Of a stretch of 64,000 nucleotides of DNA, positions 10,747 to 29,714 are shown piece by piece. How positions within the stretch are numbered: position 1 is the first letter of the stretch; every line of letters starts with the position of its first letter. Both the position numbers and the translations under genes were made by a program. This stretch comes from Flaccisagitta enflata (lineage: Eukaryota). A model generated the notes under the pieces. That model had not been told where the DNA came from, ran no database searches, and worked only from the letters and a program-made list of their open reading frames with translations. The stretch covers positions 6,076,001-6,140,000 of the forward strand of contig OZ231126.1 in NCBI GenBank assembly GCA_965153355.1, read 5' to 3'.

Positions 10747-13700
10747 CCGAACTAAGGCCTTCTGGTTTTTCATTGCCTGATCATTACTTCGCAACGGCGA
10801 GGCTTGATGGAAAGCTGGTCGCCGCCAAACACCAGGACAAACTCAAAATGCTCGCGAGGGCCGCGTCCCATGAGGAGTTCGACGTGATGGTAATTTGTCT
10901 GTCTCGGTCTGTTTAGCTTTTTTAGTCGCCTGCACGTGACTCTACACCTTGGTCTGTCGGTATGTAAGTTGGTAACAGATATTTTTAGTCGCGTGCACGC
11001 GACTCTACAACCCGCTTTGTCCGTCGGTCGGTTGGTCGGTCGGTTGGTCCGTCACACTTTACTTTTTTTAATGATTTTATTTCTTTGACCTCACTGCTCT
11101 TACCCAAATGATCACTGGTGACCTCAAATATGGCCCCTGCCCACCGCACGCGACTTCATTGGCCGTGTATCCGGCCTTGTTTAAGATTATTTGAGGTATT
11201 TAAGGGTACATAAGGGTGGTTTAGGCTTTTCTTTCTGACAGAAGATTTGTGACAAAAATGAATGATATCACTCGGGTTTCTGCATTTTATGAAGGTCTTG
11301 AGCATACAAATCAGGAACTATCAAGTGGAAAATGATCCCTAGAGCGCATTTTGAAAAAAAGTCAAAAATCTATAATTTTTACCTTCATATTGCTCAAAAA
11401 ATTTTTCAATTTGGTCTTACTCTTTTTTTCATAGCATATTGTTAATCCTGATAACATTCCCTTTCATTTGATAGGTCGCACTATATGGTTCTGATGAAAA
11501 ATTCAATTTTCATATTTTTGTCCACCGTTGCAATTTTTGTAACGGTGGCGTAGAAAAAAAAAATGTTATTTCTTTTTAAAACCATATAGTGCGACCTATC
11601 AAATGAAAGGGAATTAGATCAGGATTGACCATATGCTGTCAAAAAATTAGTCAGACCAACCTGCAAAGTTATTCATGTGTAATGAAGCTAAAAATTATAA
11701 ATTTTTGACTTTTTTTAGAAATGCGCTCTAGGGATGATTTTCCACTGGATAGTTCTTGATTTGTATGCCTATGAACTAAACAAAAATGCTGAAAAACCTG
11801 GAGTGATATCATTCTTGTCACAAATCACCTGTCAGAAAGCAGTGTAGGGTACTTGAGGTACTTTCGGGTACTTTCAGGTGTTTTTGGATATTTTGGGGTA
11901 TTTATCTATTTGTGGAACATTTTGCAATATTGTGGAACATTTTGGAGATTGCGTTGTGAAATGGAAGAAAAGAAGGGAGGAAGGAAAGAAGAAAAGAAGA
12001 AAAGAAGAAAGAAAGAAGAAAGAAAAGAAAGAAGAAAGAAAAGAAGAAAGGAAATAAAGAAGGGGGAAGGGTGGTGGGGAAGAAGGGAGGAAGGAAGAAA
12101 TAGTGATTTAGGTTGAGGGGGAGTAGGGCAGCGGCCCTGAAGGGGATTAAGTCCTGTAGAACACAGGAGAATCTGTCCATCTGTCTGTCCGTCCTTCTGT
12201 CACGGATGCCCTGTTATTCAAACTTTCATTGAGTAACATGGAGAAATGACAAAAGACTGTATATGGATAATATAATGGTACCCATGCCCTTCTTGAGTAG
12301 TTTGTTGGTTAAGTTGAGGGCGGATCAGGTGTAGCAGGCCAGGATCTGGGTCTCGGAGTCCAGAGTATGGGTCACTAAGGCTAGGATGTGGGTTTTTGAA
12401 CTCAGAATCAGGATATCAGATGTCACCATCTAGATCTAAGGGGCCAAAATGATAGAACTCAGACCAGAATTCAGGTTTTCTAGCCAGATTTTGGCCGTTA
12501 TGCTTGGATTTGGGCCATTTTGCATGGACTTGGGCCATGCAGTTTGGATTTAGGCCCCAAAGGAGACAAAGCCCTGAGGATGCGGTAGGGGGGGACGAAC
12601 ATATGTACAGACTGATTCCCCCTGTGTTCTACAGGACATCGTCCCCTTGCCCACTGCCCAAAAAGGAAGGAATATGTATGTAGTAGTAGCAGTGTATTTG
12701 TGTAACGGGGCACGCGACTGCTGGCCTGTTGGGCTTGTTTCTACCAGCCTGGCTTTCTGTCCATCTTTCTGCTTTTCTGTCTGTCTGTTCGCCCGTCACA
12801 TTCTGTCCTTCTGTACATCGTCTTGTCTGTCTTTCTGTTTTATTTATGTGTGTGTTTTGTTATTTCATTTCTGGCAGCAATTTTGCAAGACTTACTGCCA
12901 TGGCAAATTGTGCTTGACTAATGGGCCCCATCTCTGTCCTTGTTACTAACAAGACCTTGTTAGTCTCAAGGCACTCTTGCTCTCTTGCTTGTCTGTTGCC
13001 TTTGTCCTCATGCATAATTATGTTAAAAAATCTCCGGATTATGTCGAAATTGGGGATTTTACCGTCCATCCCGTACTAGACCAATTTTGACCCAAGGAAT
13101 CCAAAACTGTAGTCAGAAATGGTCTCAGGTCAATTTTTTGATAGGCTACGGCTACATTTCTCAGGTTAAAATACTATATAAGGTCAAAATTGGAAATTAT
13201 GTCATTTTAATTTGCAAGGACGACTAAAACTAAGCAAATATTTGGGATGCCAAGGCTTTCGGTCGGTCCGTCGAATAGGCGATATTTTAAAATGTCGGGC
13301 TCATTCATCAGCCATTGCATTGGCCATCTTGGTCGTGTTTTACAGAAATTATCGCCCGAGTTTGTGGCGAATATTTACGGCATTGTCGTGGACGCGGAGC
13401 CGAATTTGATTCGTCAATCACAAAAGACGCCCTTTTCTTTACTACTGTGGTATGCTGACGGATGAATACGTACACTATCGAGTATGCCCCTCGACTGTAT
13501 CCATCCGTTTATTTGAACAACAACAACACAACAAAACAAAGGACAAAACGCAACCACAACACGATAACGCAATAATACAACACAATAACACAACAACCAA
13601 ACAACGACAACCACCACACCAACAACCGCACCAACAACAACCACAACGACAACAACCACAACGACAACAACCACAACGACAACAACAACAACCACAATAA

Positions 13701-15521
13701 CAACAACCACAATAACAACAAAACAACAACTACAACAGCAACAATAACAGCAACAACAATTACAACAACAACAATTACAACAACAACAACAACAATTACA
13801 ACAACAACAACAGCAACAACAACAACAACAGCAACAATTACAACAACAGCAACAATTACAACAACAACAACAACAATTACAACAACAACAACAATTACAA
13901 CAACGCAACAACAACTATAACAACGCAACAACTACAACAACGCAACAACGCAACAACGCAACAACAACGCAACAACAACGCAACAACAAGGCAACAACAA
14001 GGCTACAACAAGGCTACAACAACGCTGCAACAACGCTGCAACAACGCTGCAACAACGCTGCAACAACGCTGCAACAACGCTACAACAACGCTACAACAAC
14101 GCAACAACAACGCAACAACTACAACAACTACAACAACGCAACAACAACTACAACAACTACAACAACTACAACAACAACGCAACAACTACAACAACAACGC
14201 AACAACAACTACAACAACGCAACAACAACTACAACAACGCAACAACAACTACAACAACGCAACAACAACTACAACAACGCAACAACAACTACAACAACGC
14301 AACAACTACAACATAACTACAATAACTACATCAATAACAACTAAACCTCCTGCAGCTGTCCCAATCTCAGATTTGTCCCATTCTTTTTCCCCAAGCTTTG
14401 ATCATCGACGAATTGGACGGGTTAAAAAAGTCATCTCACGAAGTCCGCGATTCGATTCGGTGGCTCGAACTTCACTTCAAAAACGGAAATCGATTCGTTC
14501 GACCGCAAAATTCCGAAACCGAACGCGATGACCGTCTCGTTGACAAGATCATGGATGAGGAAGGGGAAGAAGTAGAAGGTGGAAAGGATGACGATGAAGA
14601 GGAGAAGGAAAGAGAAACACTCGATGATAACGAAGAACGGGCGGTAAAGCAAGAGGATCTCAAACGCAATTTGGATGGAGGGAAGGAAGGTTCAAATGAA
14701 ATGGGCGTAAAGAGAGATGAAAGAGACGACCATGGCGAAGGGTGCACCGGTATTGGCACCGGCAATGGCAAAAACAATAACTACAGCAGAAACAATAGCT
14801 TCGGTAAAAATAAGAATAATAGTATCAACAACAAAAACCGGGCCTTTTCCTCATCGCCGCGCGTCACCTCCTCGCCTATGAACGCCTCCTCGAAAAAGAC
14901 CTTCCAGCTGCGGCAGTTGCTCAGCTGCGCCGCTTTCTTTTCTCCTCGCGCGTCCTCCTCCTCTTCCTCCTCTTCCTCGCCCTCGCCGAACGCCGTCGAT
15001 CCAGACTCTGTTGGAGTAGAAAAAGGCGCCGATAAAGTACCGCTGGAAGACTTCGATAAAGTCGATGAGCGAGATGAAACAGCGAATGAATCGATGGGAG
15101 ACGGTGATGCCGCGGCGAAAAAGGAAAATGAAAGACGAGATGAAGCTGTTTCGGCAGGGATACAATCGGCGGCGTCGGTGGAACGAGTAACTGCGTCGTC
15201 GGAACGAGAAACTACGACGGCGACAAGAGAGACTGGGTCACGAGGCGTTATGGTCACGATTCTAACCGGCGGCGACGAAACCTGTTCAGTAAGCCAATTT
15301 ACTGACGTCGGCATTCGTTGCGAATGTTGTAGTCCGTTTAACAGTTTCTGTCTGCTCTTCGTTTTGTGCTACACAAGCTACTTCATTTTAAACCTGTCCT
15401 AACTTTTTTTTGTTCTCTTTCTCAGGTGAGTCCGAAGACGCTGCGTCGGTTCATCAGTCAAGCGGGAATTTCCATCGAATTTATCCGAGATTTCTACAAA
15501 AAGTGGACCAACGAAACATGA
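10747..15521 (+). CDS. SMG5: SMG5-like NMD factor, C-terminal PIN region only (probable exons 10747-10889 and 13346-13449; clear exons ~14396-15288 and 15426-15521)
   Basis: IIDELDGLKK...VRDSIRWLELHFKNGNRFVRPQ, MVTILTG and IRDFYKKW* match the SMG5 PIN domain (VIDGLDLLKK...ARDGIRYLEAEFKKGNRYIRCQ, MVTIITG, VLDFYKQW). The two upstream exons match only weakly, and the phase between 13449 and ~14396 is unresolved. Confidence 0.8.
10983..11181 (+). mobile_element. Short DINE-1/HINE-like (Helentron-associated) interspersed element, representative copy
   Basis: tttagtcgcgtgcacgcgact palindrome, (GTCG/GTTG)n tract, second cgcgact, 3' hairpin ggccgtgtatccggcc, T-rich flanks. Related copies near 10098-10236, 18350-18492, 24368-24553, 59676-59843, 62312-62450 and, reversed, near 30085-30270 and 33600-33640. 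Confidence 0.7.
11231..11839. mobile_element. Foldback (palindromic) MITE
   Basis: ctttctgacag...atttgtgacaa pairs with ttgtcacaaat...ctgtcagaaag; the ~300-bp arms are complementary throughout. Confidence 0.8.
13516..14342. repeat. (CAA)n-derived compound microsatellite in an SMG5 intron
   Basis: CAA/CTACAA/CGCAA units over about 830 bp. Confidence 0.95.
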
Positions 15522-16059
15522 ACCGCGTTTCCTCTTTTTTTCCTTTCATCCGCGAAACCTCGAAGCGAGATTTTTTATTAAAGGCCCTAAGCCGATGATT
15601 TGCAGACGATTTACTTCCGAGCATAAATGAATATTGATTCGGTAAACCAAACATTCTGCTTTCATTCGAATGGTCCGGATGTTATAGTTTGATGATCCGT
15701 GGTGATATTCTAGGGTGGGTTGGGTCTGGACTTTGATACGTAACCTTACGTATTTTCCGTACATATTTAAGATGCCCAAGATCTAGGATAAGTGTTAAAA
15801 GACGCTGGAACACGCGCGGTAATAACTCTACCCATAATAGTTTGCTCTTGGTGAATTTGGATACATAACTTCCTTGTCAGCATTCTATGATAATATTGTC
15901 ACGGTTAACACAATTGCAGAACTTGCTTGTTGTTTCAAAAAGCGGTCCAGACCGTAAAATTATCATCTTCAGTTGTTATAATCGTTCTTTTTCAAAATTT
16001 CAGAATCAGTTCAAACCAATTTATTAATCTTTTCTATAATTCAAAAATCGAACTCTTTT

Positions 16060-16091
<32 letters not shown>

Positions 16092-16093
<2 letters not shown>

Positions 16094-19000
16094 GGAAGAT
16101 GACTCAACAAATTCAAAACGGCCCGCTGATGATCCATCTCCGCCTGATCCTCCGGCACAAGATGATCCGGAAAGACATATTCAAGATTTACCTGCGCAGT
16201 CTTTCTCCTTTTTGCCGCCTCCCATTTTGGCCAAATTCTTCGCCTATCTGTCAACAAAAGATCGTCTTCGTTGCGCCGGAGTTAGCCAGTCTTGGCGGAC
16301 CGAGTTGACGCAGATGTCCTCCAACTGGCGCGATGTGTGTTTGGGCCGCAACGCCGTTTGCTACGACGCCGCGCCGCCGCACGCCGCCGATTTCCTGCCG
16401 CTGCCGCACGTGGAACAAGTCGTGTTCAAAGCCCGCGTTCCCTTCGTCCTCAAAGAGCAAAGCAAAAGTTTTCGCTTCCCGGACGATTCTCCGGATTCTT
16501 CGGTCGAGTACCGCATAACTAAGCTCCCGTTGGCGCGAGTCCGTCTCATCCTAAATCGTCGCTCCAATTTAAGGAAACTCGATATGTCTGAGATGTGGTT
16601 GGGAAGGGAAAACGCCGCCGCTTTCAGGTATTAGGAGTTAAACAAGTCTTTCTTGGCGCAAATGAGTCTAGATGTTAAAAGCTTAATTGGTTGCTTCTTG
16701 GTCTTAAGTGAATACCAGTGTTCAGTAGAGCACCGCCGGAGCTCACCCGCTAATAAGTCCTGCCCACCTTAAAGGCAAACTATTAACTACACATGTGGTT
16801 TTCCAGTTAATTCAGTATGGGCAGTTAAGTAGTCGCATTTGGATGCTTCGCATAGGAAACAGTTGTAGTATCCCTTCGTCCCGCTTACGCAATATGGAGG
16901 AACAAAAATCATGAAGATAAGCGTTTTCCTTTTTAAAAAATTCCATCATCTTCCGTTTTTGTTTTGACCTTGAAGTCACCCATAGAAATCGATGGGAATC
17001 GAAAATTCCTGTCATAGTTTTGTTATCGATAGGGCAGTTATTTGTATTGGAAAATCATAATATTTGTAAGCATAGACTTCAATATTATAGCAAAAAACTG
17101 TGTAAGAGCTAACTTAGGAAGCTAATGAACAATTTCATGACAAAAAAGAATTAGTAAAAATCATTTGAAAGAACATCAGCACAACAATTTATCCCACTGC
17201 ATTATGCAAATTATGTCTGACAAAAAGCTCGTTAAAAAAACGGAAGATGAATGATTTTGAAGAAAAGCAAAATAGTAAAGGTCCTAGAATTAACCATTCC
17301 ACATGAGGTAAGCGGGACGAAGAGAAATTCACAACTTTTGCTATGTGAAGCACCCAATAGTCGCATCTTAAGGCATAATTTTGCTCAGTCCCTGGACATG
17401 CGCTCCAGTGAATTCTATATCTTCAACCTGAATGGCTAGTATGAACCATTTTCTGCTTATTCGCTCTATTTCTGACAGGGCGCTGTGGTTCGGCTGTGCT
17501 GAGTTGAGTCAGCTCACTGACCTAAGACTACCAATGGGCTTTTACTCGAGCAGCAGCCTGTTAAAGAAAATCGCCACAAGACATCCAAAGATAAAGCACC
17601 TCACCCTGTCGACGCCTTTTGAGCGCCTGACCACCGACGTCTGCGAAAATCCTTTTCACGTCTTCAAGGATCTCAAGTCTCTGACGCTGTGGCCTGGGTT
17701 GAACACCTATGGCGAGGTCCGAGTTGCAGAACAGGGGGACCGGACCGTTCCAGGGGTTCGGAGTCATCCTATTGATCCAATGTTTGCAGCAGCTCTGGAC
17801 ACGCTACAGATTCAGTCTCTTGAGCTTGCGGGGGTGAATGCGGGGGTGATTGGTCATGACCATGAACAGTCAAGCCGAGAATTCAAAGTCCTCAATCTTG
17901 CTTCCACGCCTCAGCTTATTAAGCAACTAGTGCATCTCTCAATCCACGATTACGTCTATTACGACTATGTGGAGTTCTTGCTATACCACTGCAAAACTTT
18001 GAAAACTTTGTGCCTGGCCAAGGTGTGGCTCGGGGAAGAATCACATGGTCAACTTGACGGAAACAGCCCCGAACAAGTTGCGCCTTTGATGGAGACGCAA
18101 CATGATTGTTCGCCGAGTTTATGCTCGGTGACCCTGGGACTCCAAGCTTATGGATTGGTTAGTATCTTTGTGCTGATTGAAAGTTTAACATCTGTCAATT
18201 CCGAGTCTCTTTTCCCGTTCGCATTTCGAAACAAATCTCCGCCAGTTTTCCGCTTACCGTATTCCGAACATGATTTCTCCCAAACAAATCTTAGTTCTAC
18301 CAAAATTATGTGAATGGGATTGTCGTTTCGCTTTTGGATTGGAGAAGGCTTTTTAGTCACAGACAAGCGACTCTACACCTTGCGGTGTCGGGCGGTCCCT
18401 CCGTCCGAAATATTTATGAATTGCGAGCGGTTTATGCAATACTGCTCCTGCCCAACCGTCCGCGACTGGATTGCCGCGTATCCGGCCTTGTTTATTTAGC
18501 TTCGGCCCCTACATTACCCCTTCCTCACGTGAAATAGCTGATAGATTATGAACATCTAACTGACCACTTTATGCAAACGAGATAGTTGCTCATGGCTAAA
18601 ACTAAGTTTATACGCCCCATTTTTTTTTCTATCACGTGCCTCGAGCAAAAACCTTAATGAGTTAAAACGAATATGAATACAGATGTAACCAATACTGTAA
18701 TTCAATAAAATTTTAAAAACATGAATACAGTAAAGCAATCCAAATAACGTGTATAATTCGCTCGAAAAGCGCATGTCGCTTGCATTGTGAGTAAAATTGA
18801 AGTAATAGTTGAACCCTGCGAAAGGTTTGTTTCTACCCCTGACAATCGCGTTTTCTATGGGCCACTTGGTCGCTCGGTTGCTGATTGCTTGCACCTATCA
18901 CTCACTCGCCCCTCTGCGGTATACTCGCTCGTTCCGATCACAGGCATCGTTGTCTTGCTCTTTGACCCTTAGCGGTGGGAAAATTGATTATATATTAGTA

Positions 19001-22000
19001 ACAGTTCAATACCAGAAGCAGTTATATTTCGACGTTTGCCAATAACTTTGCTGAGGCCTTTACCCGAGTACTTACAACAATCAGTTTTGCTCCGTAGTTA
19101 GCAAATAGTTTCGTGAGTGCCCCAACAACGTTTTTCGTATTCCATTATAAATAGCTCGATCGTAAAAATAAATAAAGAAAAAAAAAAGACCTTCATGTCT
19201 CTGATTTGTCAATGTAAGGTAGAGTTAGGATTAAAGCCGGATTAGTAACGACTTTCTCCAGATGAAGTCGGGTGCAGGTGATCTCTTAAGTTTCTCTGTC
19301 AGTTCGCCAGCTGTCATGTCAAGCGCCCAAATGCTAGATTTCCACTTTTATCACCCTGCCCACTTTGGTGCGACATCAAAGTGGTTGCGTATCTGCCCGT
19401 TCTGACAGTCTTCGGTATTGATACAGGAAATAGGATTATAGTACGTTCTGGATTTTCTTGTAAATGCGAATTAATTGCAAATGTTGACTGATTCTTTGTC
19501 TACTACTGTCTCAGCATGTCAAACGCTCTCGTGGTTATCGTAGAGTCTTGAAGCTTCTTGCCTTTCTTCCGACCAACGTGGACATCCAACTCATGCCGCG
19601 CAACATTTTGGTAGAGGCCCTCGAGCTTACTGTCCTCGATCTCACCACTTTCTCTGCCCTGACCAACTTCCAAGTGTGGACAAACATATCCTCGGCTTAT
19701 TTCGCGTTGAAAACCCCCGCGGAGTGGATTCGTCTGAGAGCCATGCTGGGGCAGTTCGTAAAGCTCAAGTCCCTCATGCTCTTATTCCATCGGGGAGATG
19801 AATTAGCCAACGTCGCGGAAGCGATTGACGTTACGCCGACTGCGCTTTTACCGCCGCTCGATTCCCTCACTTACATGTTCCTAGATGGTACGATTAGTGT
19901 CAGAATATCGGGAAATGGATGGTTTGGGCTCTTTCGGATGACATAATTCGGATTGGGGTACACTGCGAACCATAAAAAAGGTTACAACTGTTCTAAAAGA
20001 TATTTCTCATGAAAAGAATGACTTTTCAATATTCTTTTTGTGAGAATTAAAAATAGTGTCATCAAATGAAGCGAATATCACAAATCCCATGAGTTTTCAT
20101 CAATTATTTTGGAGTTTATGATAAAAAGAAGATAGTAGTGCCAGAATCTGTGTCTGAACTATAAATTCTTCATAAAGTATTGAAAAGGGACCTTTTTTTT
20201 TTATTTTGGCATTAGCAGTGCAAGAAATCAATTGAAATCATAAATCATTTGAAAGATATTTTAAAGAGCTTTCATTTGCTGCCAATCTCACATTTCTAGC
20301 TCAATTCTTTAAGACGCAGTCAAAAAAAGACTGAAGAATATTCATTTTCACGTTTCAAAAGGCGCAACACCAAAATGTACCCATTTAACTTCAAATGGAT
20401 GTCATTTCCAAACGAATAAAGCTAGGAGTCTGGGATTGGTCTAGAATGAAAGATCTTTTGAAAATCTTTCAAATGGTCACTGATTTTGTTTACTTTCTTT
20501 TATTCAAACATGGATATTTTAAGAGAAAGAAAAGATCAGTATTTTTTTAAATTTGTGTGATGAAAAAATTCCCTCAAATAATTCATAAAATGTTCAAATC
20601 AAGTAAAAACTATCAAAATCAATGACATTGAGAAAGCCCTTCAAAAAATCTGTCATTTGAGCCGTTTCTTGAGTTACTAGCTCAAATGGTATACAAATTA
20701 CAATAGTTTTAGTATAATTTGTCATTTACAAACTATCACAGAAAATCTGTTGTTTTCCCACTTAGGTTTTGATACATTTGTCTTCATTCTAACATAAACT
20801 CCAAACAAATTGATCGAATTTGATGGGATTGGTGGCAAATTGTTAATCTTTTGAAGCTCTTTAAAATGCTTAAGAATAACAATAAGATTTGTTGAATCTA
20901 AAATATGTAAAACTATACTGAAAGTTGTAACTTTTTTTATGAGTCGCACTGTATGGTATTTAAAAAAGGCAGCAAAAGCGACCTCCCCCTAGGGCCTCCT
21001 GGATAGATTTCTTTATTCTTAGTTTTCACATTCGTCTTAGGTTCCATCGGATCCAAGTGGTTAGAAGAGATCCCGCTGGCCTGCTGGACTAGCGTCAGGC
21101 GTTTTGCTATGGTGTTCGAACTTTGCGAAGACGCAGAGTTATTTGTCTCTCGTTTTCCGCTACCGGACAACGTTCCCGCAAGTTTCCAACTGGAGGAGTT
21201 CTTTCTGTGGTACGACGCTGTTTGGATCGAGCGCGGGCACCACTTGGCTCGATCTGTCTGGCTCTGTGGAGATAGACTTCAAAATTTGAAAACTCTGGCC
21301 CTCGATGTTGCCGTCCAGCTAGAACCAGGCAGCTTGGCGACGATCGTTGAAGCAACCCCTCATCTGGAGAATTTCAGGGGAATCGCCGAGGATTGGCCGT
21401 GGCAGGGTGTCTACGGTATCTCGCCTTCGGAATTGCCCGCAATCTCGGCGTGGAGTCAACTTCGCACCTGTCTTATCGCCGTCGACCTGTATGAAAAGGA
21501 CCTAATCACCATCCCCCCAGATATTGGAATTGAGTGGAAGGGACTGGACAAAGCTGATATCAATTTTGTGGAAGAAACGATGCGCGCGAGAAGGAAATTC
21601 ATTCAGCTGAAGGACGCGACAGTGGTCCCGCGATTGGTTGATGATTGGCGAGAGAAGTTGCATCGACTCGAAACCATGGACGTCATTTCCGGCTTCGTGA
21701 CGGACGACAATGGCAATATCCGCTTCTACGAACGACTTAATCTTTTTACTGACGATACAGACGCACTTGCCTTCGGTACTGTTTTCGAATTCGGTGATGT
21801 CTTTTGTTTTACTGACTTTCTAAGCGGGTTTTTATTTAGGGTTAGGGGTAGGGTTAGGGTTAAGGTTGGGGTTGGGGGTGGTTTTAGGGTTAGGGTTAGG
21901 GTCAGAGCTAGCGTTAGGGCAAGGTGAGAGCTGTGTTAAATACATTTCAACTCGAATCTACTCGGATTAAAGCTTCGCCCAAACGGGAAAACCTGATAAA

Positions 22001-22153
22001 AACAAAAGATCAGTATCGTCTTCGAAATTTTTTTCCCTTGCCTTCTATCCCCTCATCTTCGGCTGCCGATGCGATTGCGGAGACGTCCATTTTTGGACGG
22101 ACGCGGAAAGCGCCTCGGCCAAGTGCCTCGGGTTTTTGGAACCGGCAGAGTAA
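16092..22153 (+). CDS. F-box protein with LRR-like C-terminal region (exons 16092-16627, 17479-18157, 19515-19887, 21041-21775; last exon uncertain, ~22083-22153)
   Basis: F-box motif FSFLPPPILAKFFAYLSTKDRLRCAGVSQSWR; repeated LxxLxL motifs (LRKLDM, LTDLRL, IKHLTL, LKSLTL, LKTLCL, LKSLML, LKTLAL); the first four exons join in phase via GT-AG. Confidence 0.8.
19961..20951. mobile_element. Tc1/mariner-type non-autonomous element in an F-box intron
   Basis: CA(C/G)TGCGA..CATAAAAAA..TTACAACT TIRs, TA flanks. Confidence 0.75.
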
Positions 22154-22622
22154 ATGCAGTAAAGGCTACTGTAAAAGCGTGGAGAAAGACTCAAAGCGGC
22201 GGCACCCAAACTTTTCATTGTTTGATAGTTAACTGTAGGTCGAGTCTCTCAAAACTGTCTTGATTGATATCTGTAGGTCTAGTCTTGCAATAACTAGGAA
22301 TAACTAGGAATGACTAGCAAGGACATTTTCTGCGCTCTTGCTTCTAATTCAGTGATTAGGTTATTTTTGTTATTCCAGTATCTTGGCGATGTGTACGAAT
22401 TGTGAATTTAAACATGATTACAAACTTTTGTCCATTTAACATTCTTTGATTGTGAATCGTCCCTTCTCAATCGATATTTCGCCAACAGTAAGAGCCCAAC
22501 ATTTCGAGCTTTTTTCTCGCCAATCATCACGTTGGATTTGGATTTTAATGTGAGAAATCGATTGTTATTCAGGTTTTTTATTATTCTCACCGTTGAAACT
22601 GTGACCCATTTTGAAAGACGTC

Positions 22623-23196
22623 ATGCAGAGCATCGGGTCTGAGTGCAATGAACTCAAGAAATCTTACGAGGCTTGTTTCAATCAATGGTTCTCAGAAAAG
22701 TTTCTCAAAGGCGAGAAAGAGGACACCTGCGCGCCCGTTTTTAAAGGTCAGTAGACTAGAAGTGCATTCTTAGTCTCTGCTGCATCTGATCCTGAACTAC
22801 AGGCTTACAGTTACATCCATTATCTCTATTGTTGTTTATGCATACTTTGATCTTTCCATTGGCTTTACAACGTTGTGTCTAAGGCTTGCTGTTCTACTTC
22901 TAGTGAGCGTTACGGAGGGACGTATAAACCGATAGTTGGTTATATCTACTGATAGAGATGCGTGGATGTCAACAAAAAGAATGATCAAATGATCGAGCTT
23001 CTTTTGCCATTGGATTTCTTCCAAAACAATTCATCTTCTCTCTTACTTCCATTCTTTCCCGTCCTCGTCATTTTCTGCTCCAGTTTATCAAGAGTGCGTG
23101 AAGAAAGCGTTGAAAGAAAAAGGAATGCAACTCCCAGAAATGGACGAAACCGTTTTGGGGACTTACAAAGACAAAGAAAGACAAACTCCTCAATAA
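22623..23196 (+). CDS. TRIAP1: TRIAP1/Mdm35 twin CX9C-type mitochondrial intermembrane-space protein (exons 22623-22746, 23084-23196)
   Basis: MQSIGSECNELKKSYEACFNQWFSEKFLKGEKEDTCAPVFKVYQECVKKALKEKG...* across a phase-1 GT-AG intron; absent from the ORF track. Confidence 0.95.
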
Positions 23197-23265
23197 TTCT
23201 ACAATTTTTTAAGTGACTTGGTGGGCGGAAAAAAAGGTCACCAAAATTGACAGTACACGTCAAAC

Positions 23266-28387
<5,122 letters not shown>

Positions 28388-29200
28388 GTGAGAAGTTATC
28401 AAATGGAGTTTAACGGATTCATTGAGGGAGAGTTAGTATCGAGCATCAATCACTGTATGTTAGCTAGTGACGCGCGGTCACAATATCGTTGCGGACCGGT
28501 GGGCAGGGCATCCAATCCCCAGCCTCACCCAACCCCGTCCCCCTCCCACACACACGCACACCCACAACAACAACTGCAGCGTTCCTGGCGTTTTCAACTT
28601 GAGCGTAACGGACCGACGGACAAAGCCTCTAATAGATTTGCGTGTCCGCAACTAAAATTATTGCACGGGTTTCAAGTGATTTCCTGAGCCTCAGTTTGTC
28701 CAAGGCAAGCATGCTGGATTCGTGTATTTTCATTAAACCTCATTTAAGTTTTTACTTATGTCGAGGTGCAAACAAAGATAAAATTTTGGTTTCAGTCTCT
28801 TTTCATAACTATATTAGTCCAAATCCCTTTGCTCCAACAATGAGAATGTCTATAAACACGACCAGATATTGGTATATGGGCCAATTATAAACTGATTTGT
28901 GCAATTTTCAACCCCCTAACTCAATTTCCCATAGAGGATAAATTGAAATTAAGTTTCCTTATGAACTAAAACCCTCGCGAGCACGTAATTTCGGAAATAG
29001 CGCCTAAGCGAGCGCCAATTGAAACAACAAAAATAAAGCTAATGTGTTACAACAATTGGACCTAACTTTTATGAGGCAGATTATGCCATGAAAGCTGATT
29101 TCTGTGAAAAACTTTTAATTAAGTTGAATAGCTGCTTCTTTTTGATACTTCTTCTGCCTCTTTTCATATTCTTTTCTTTTTTCTCCATATTTCTTTACTC

Positions 29201-29267
<67 letters not shown>

Positions 29268-29714
29268 TTTTTCCTTTTTTGCATCAAGAGTGCAAGTTTT
29301 TTATACTGGACAAATTATTCTATTGTAATTAAAATACACACACAGCATAAGATACTGAAAAAGAGACAATTTAAACAGAGAACAATGTCAAAATTATTGG
29401 TGAAGTGATTCTGGAGACACAGTTAAATCATTGTATGACTTTGATTGAGCAAAACAACAATCTGTTCCATATTTTGAGGGTAAAAAATTCAGGGTATCAA
29501 AAACCTTGAGCTACGGAGAGTATGGATGAAGACAACAACAGGTTAAAAAACATGAAACCTGTCCTTTAGTGAAGGTCGGGTGAAAATGCTTCAATAAACT
29601 CATGATTGAGTAATGCAAAAACAGGCTCCTTCCTTTTGATGTTTTTGGCAAGTGTCAAGGAGGGCCTGACTGAGAGGATGTGCTTTTCTTCATATATACA
29701 GGGGTACATATATA

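Noticed and set aside
13414-14185. Poly-Cys/Val/Gln ORFs
   Set aside because: Products of the (CAA)n microsatellite.
21776-21927. RVRVRV tail of ORF 21109-21927
   Set aside because: Read-through into an intronic TTAGGG-like repeat past the splice donor.
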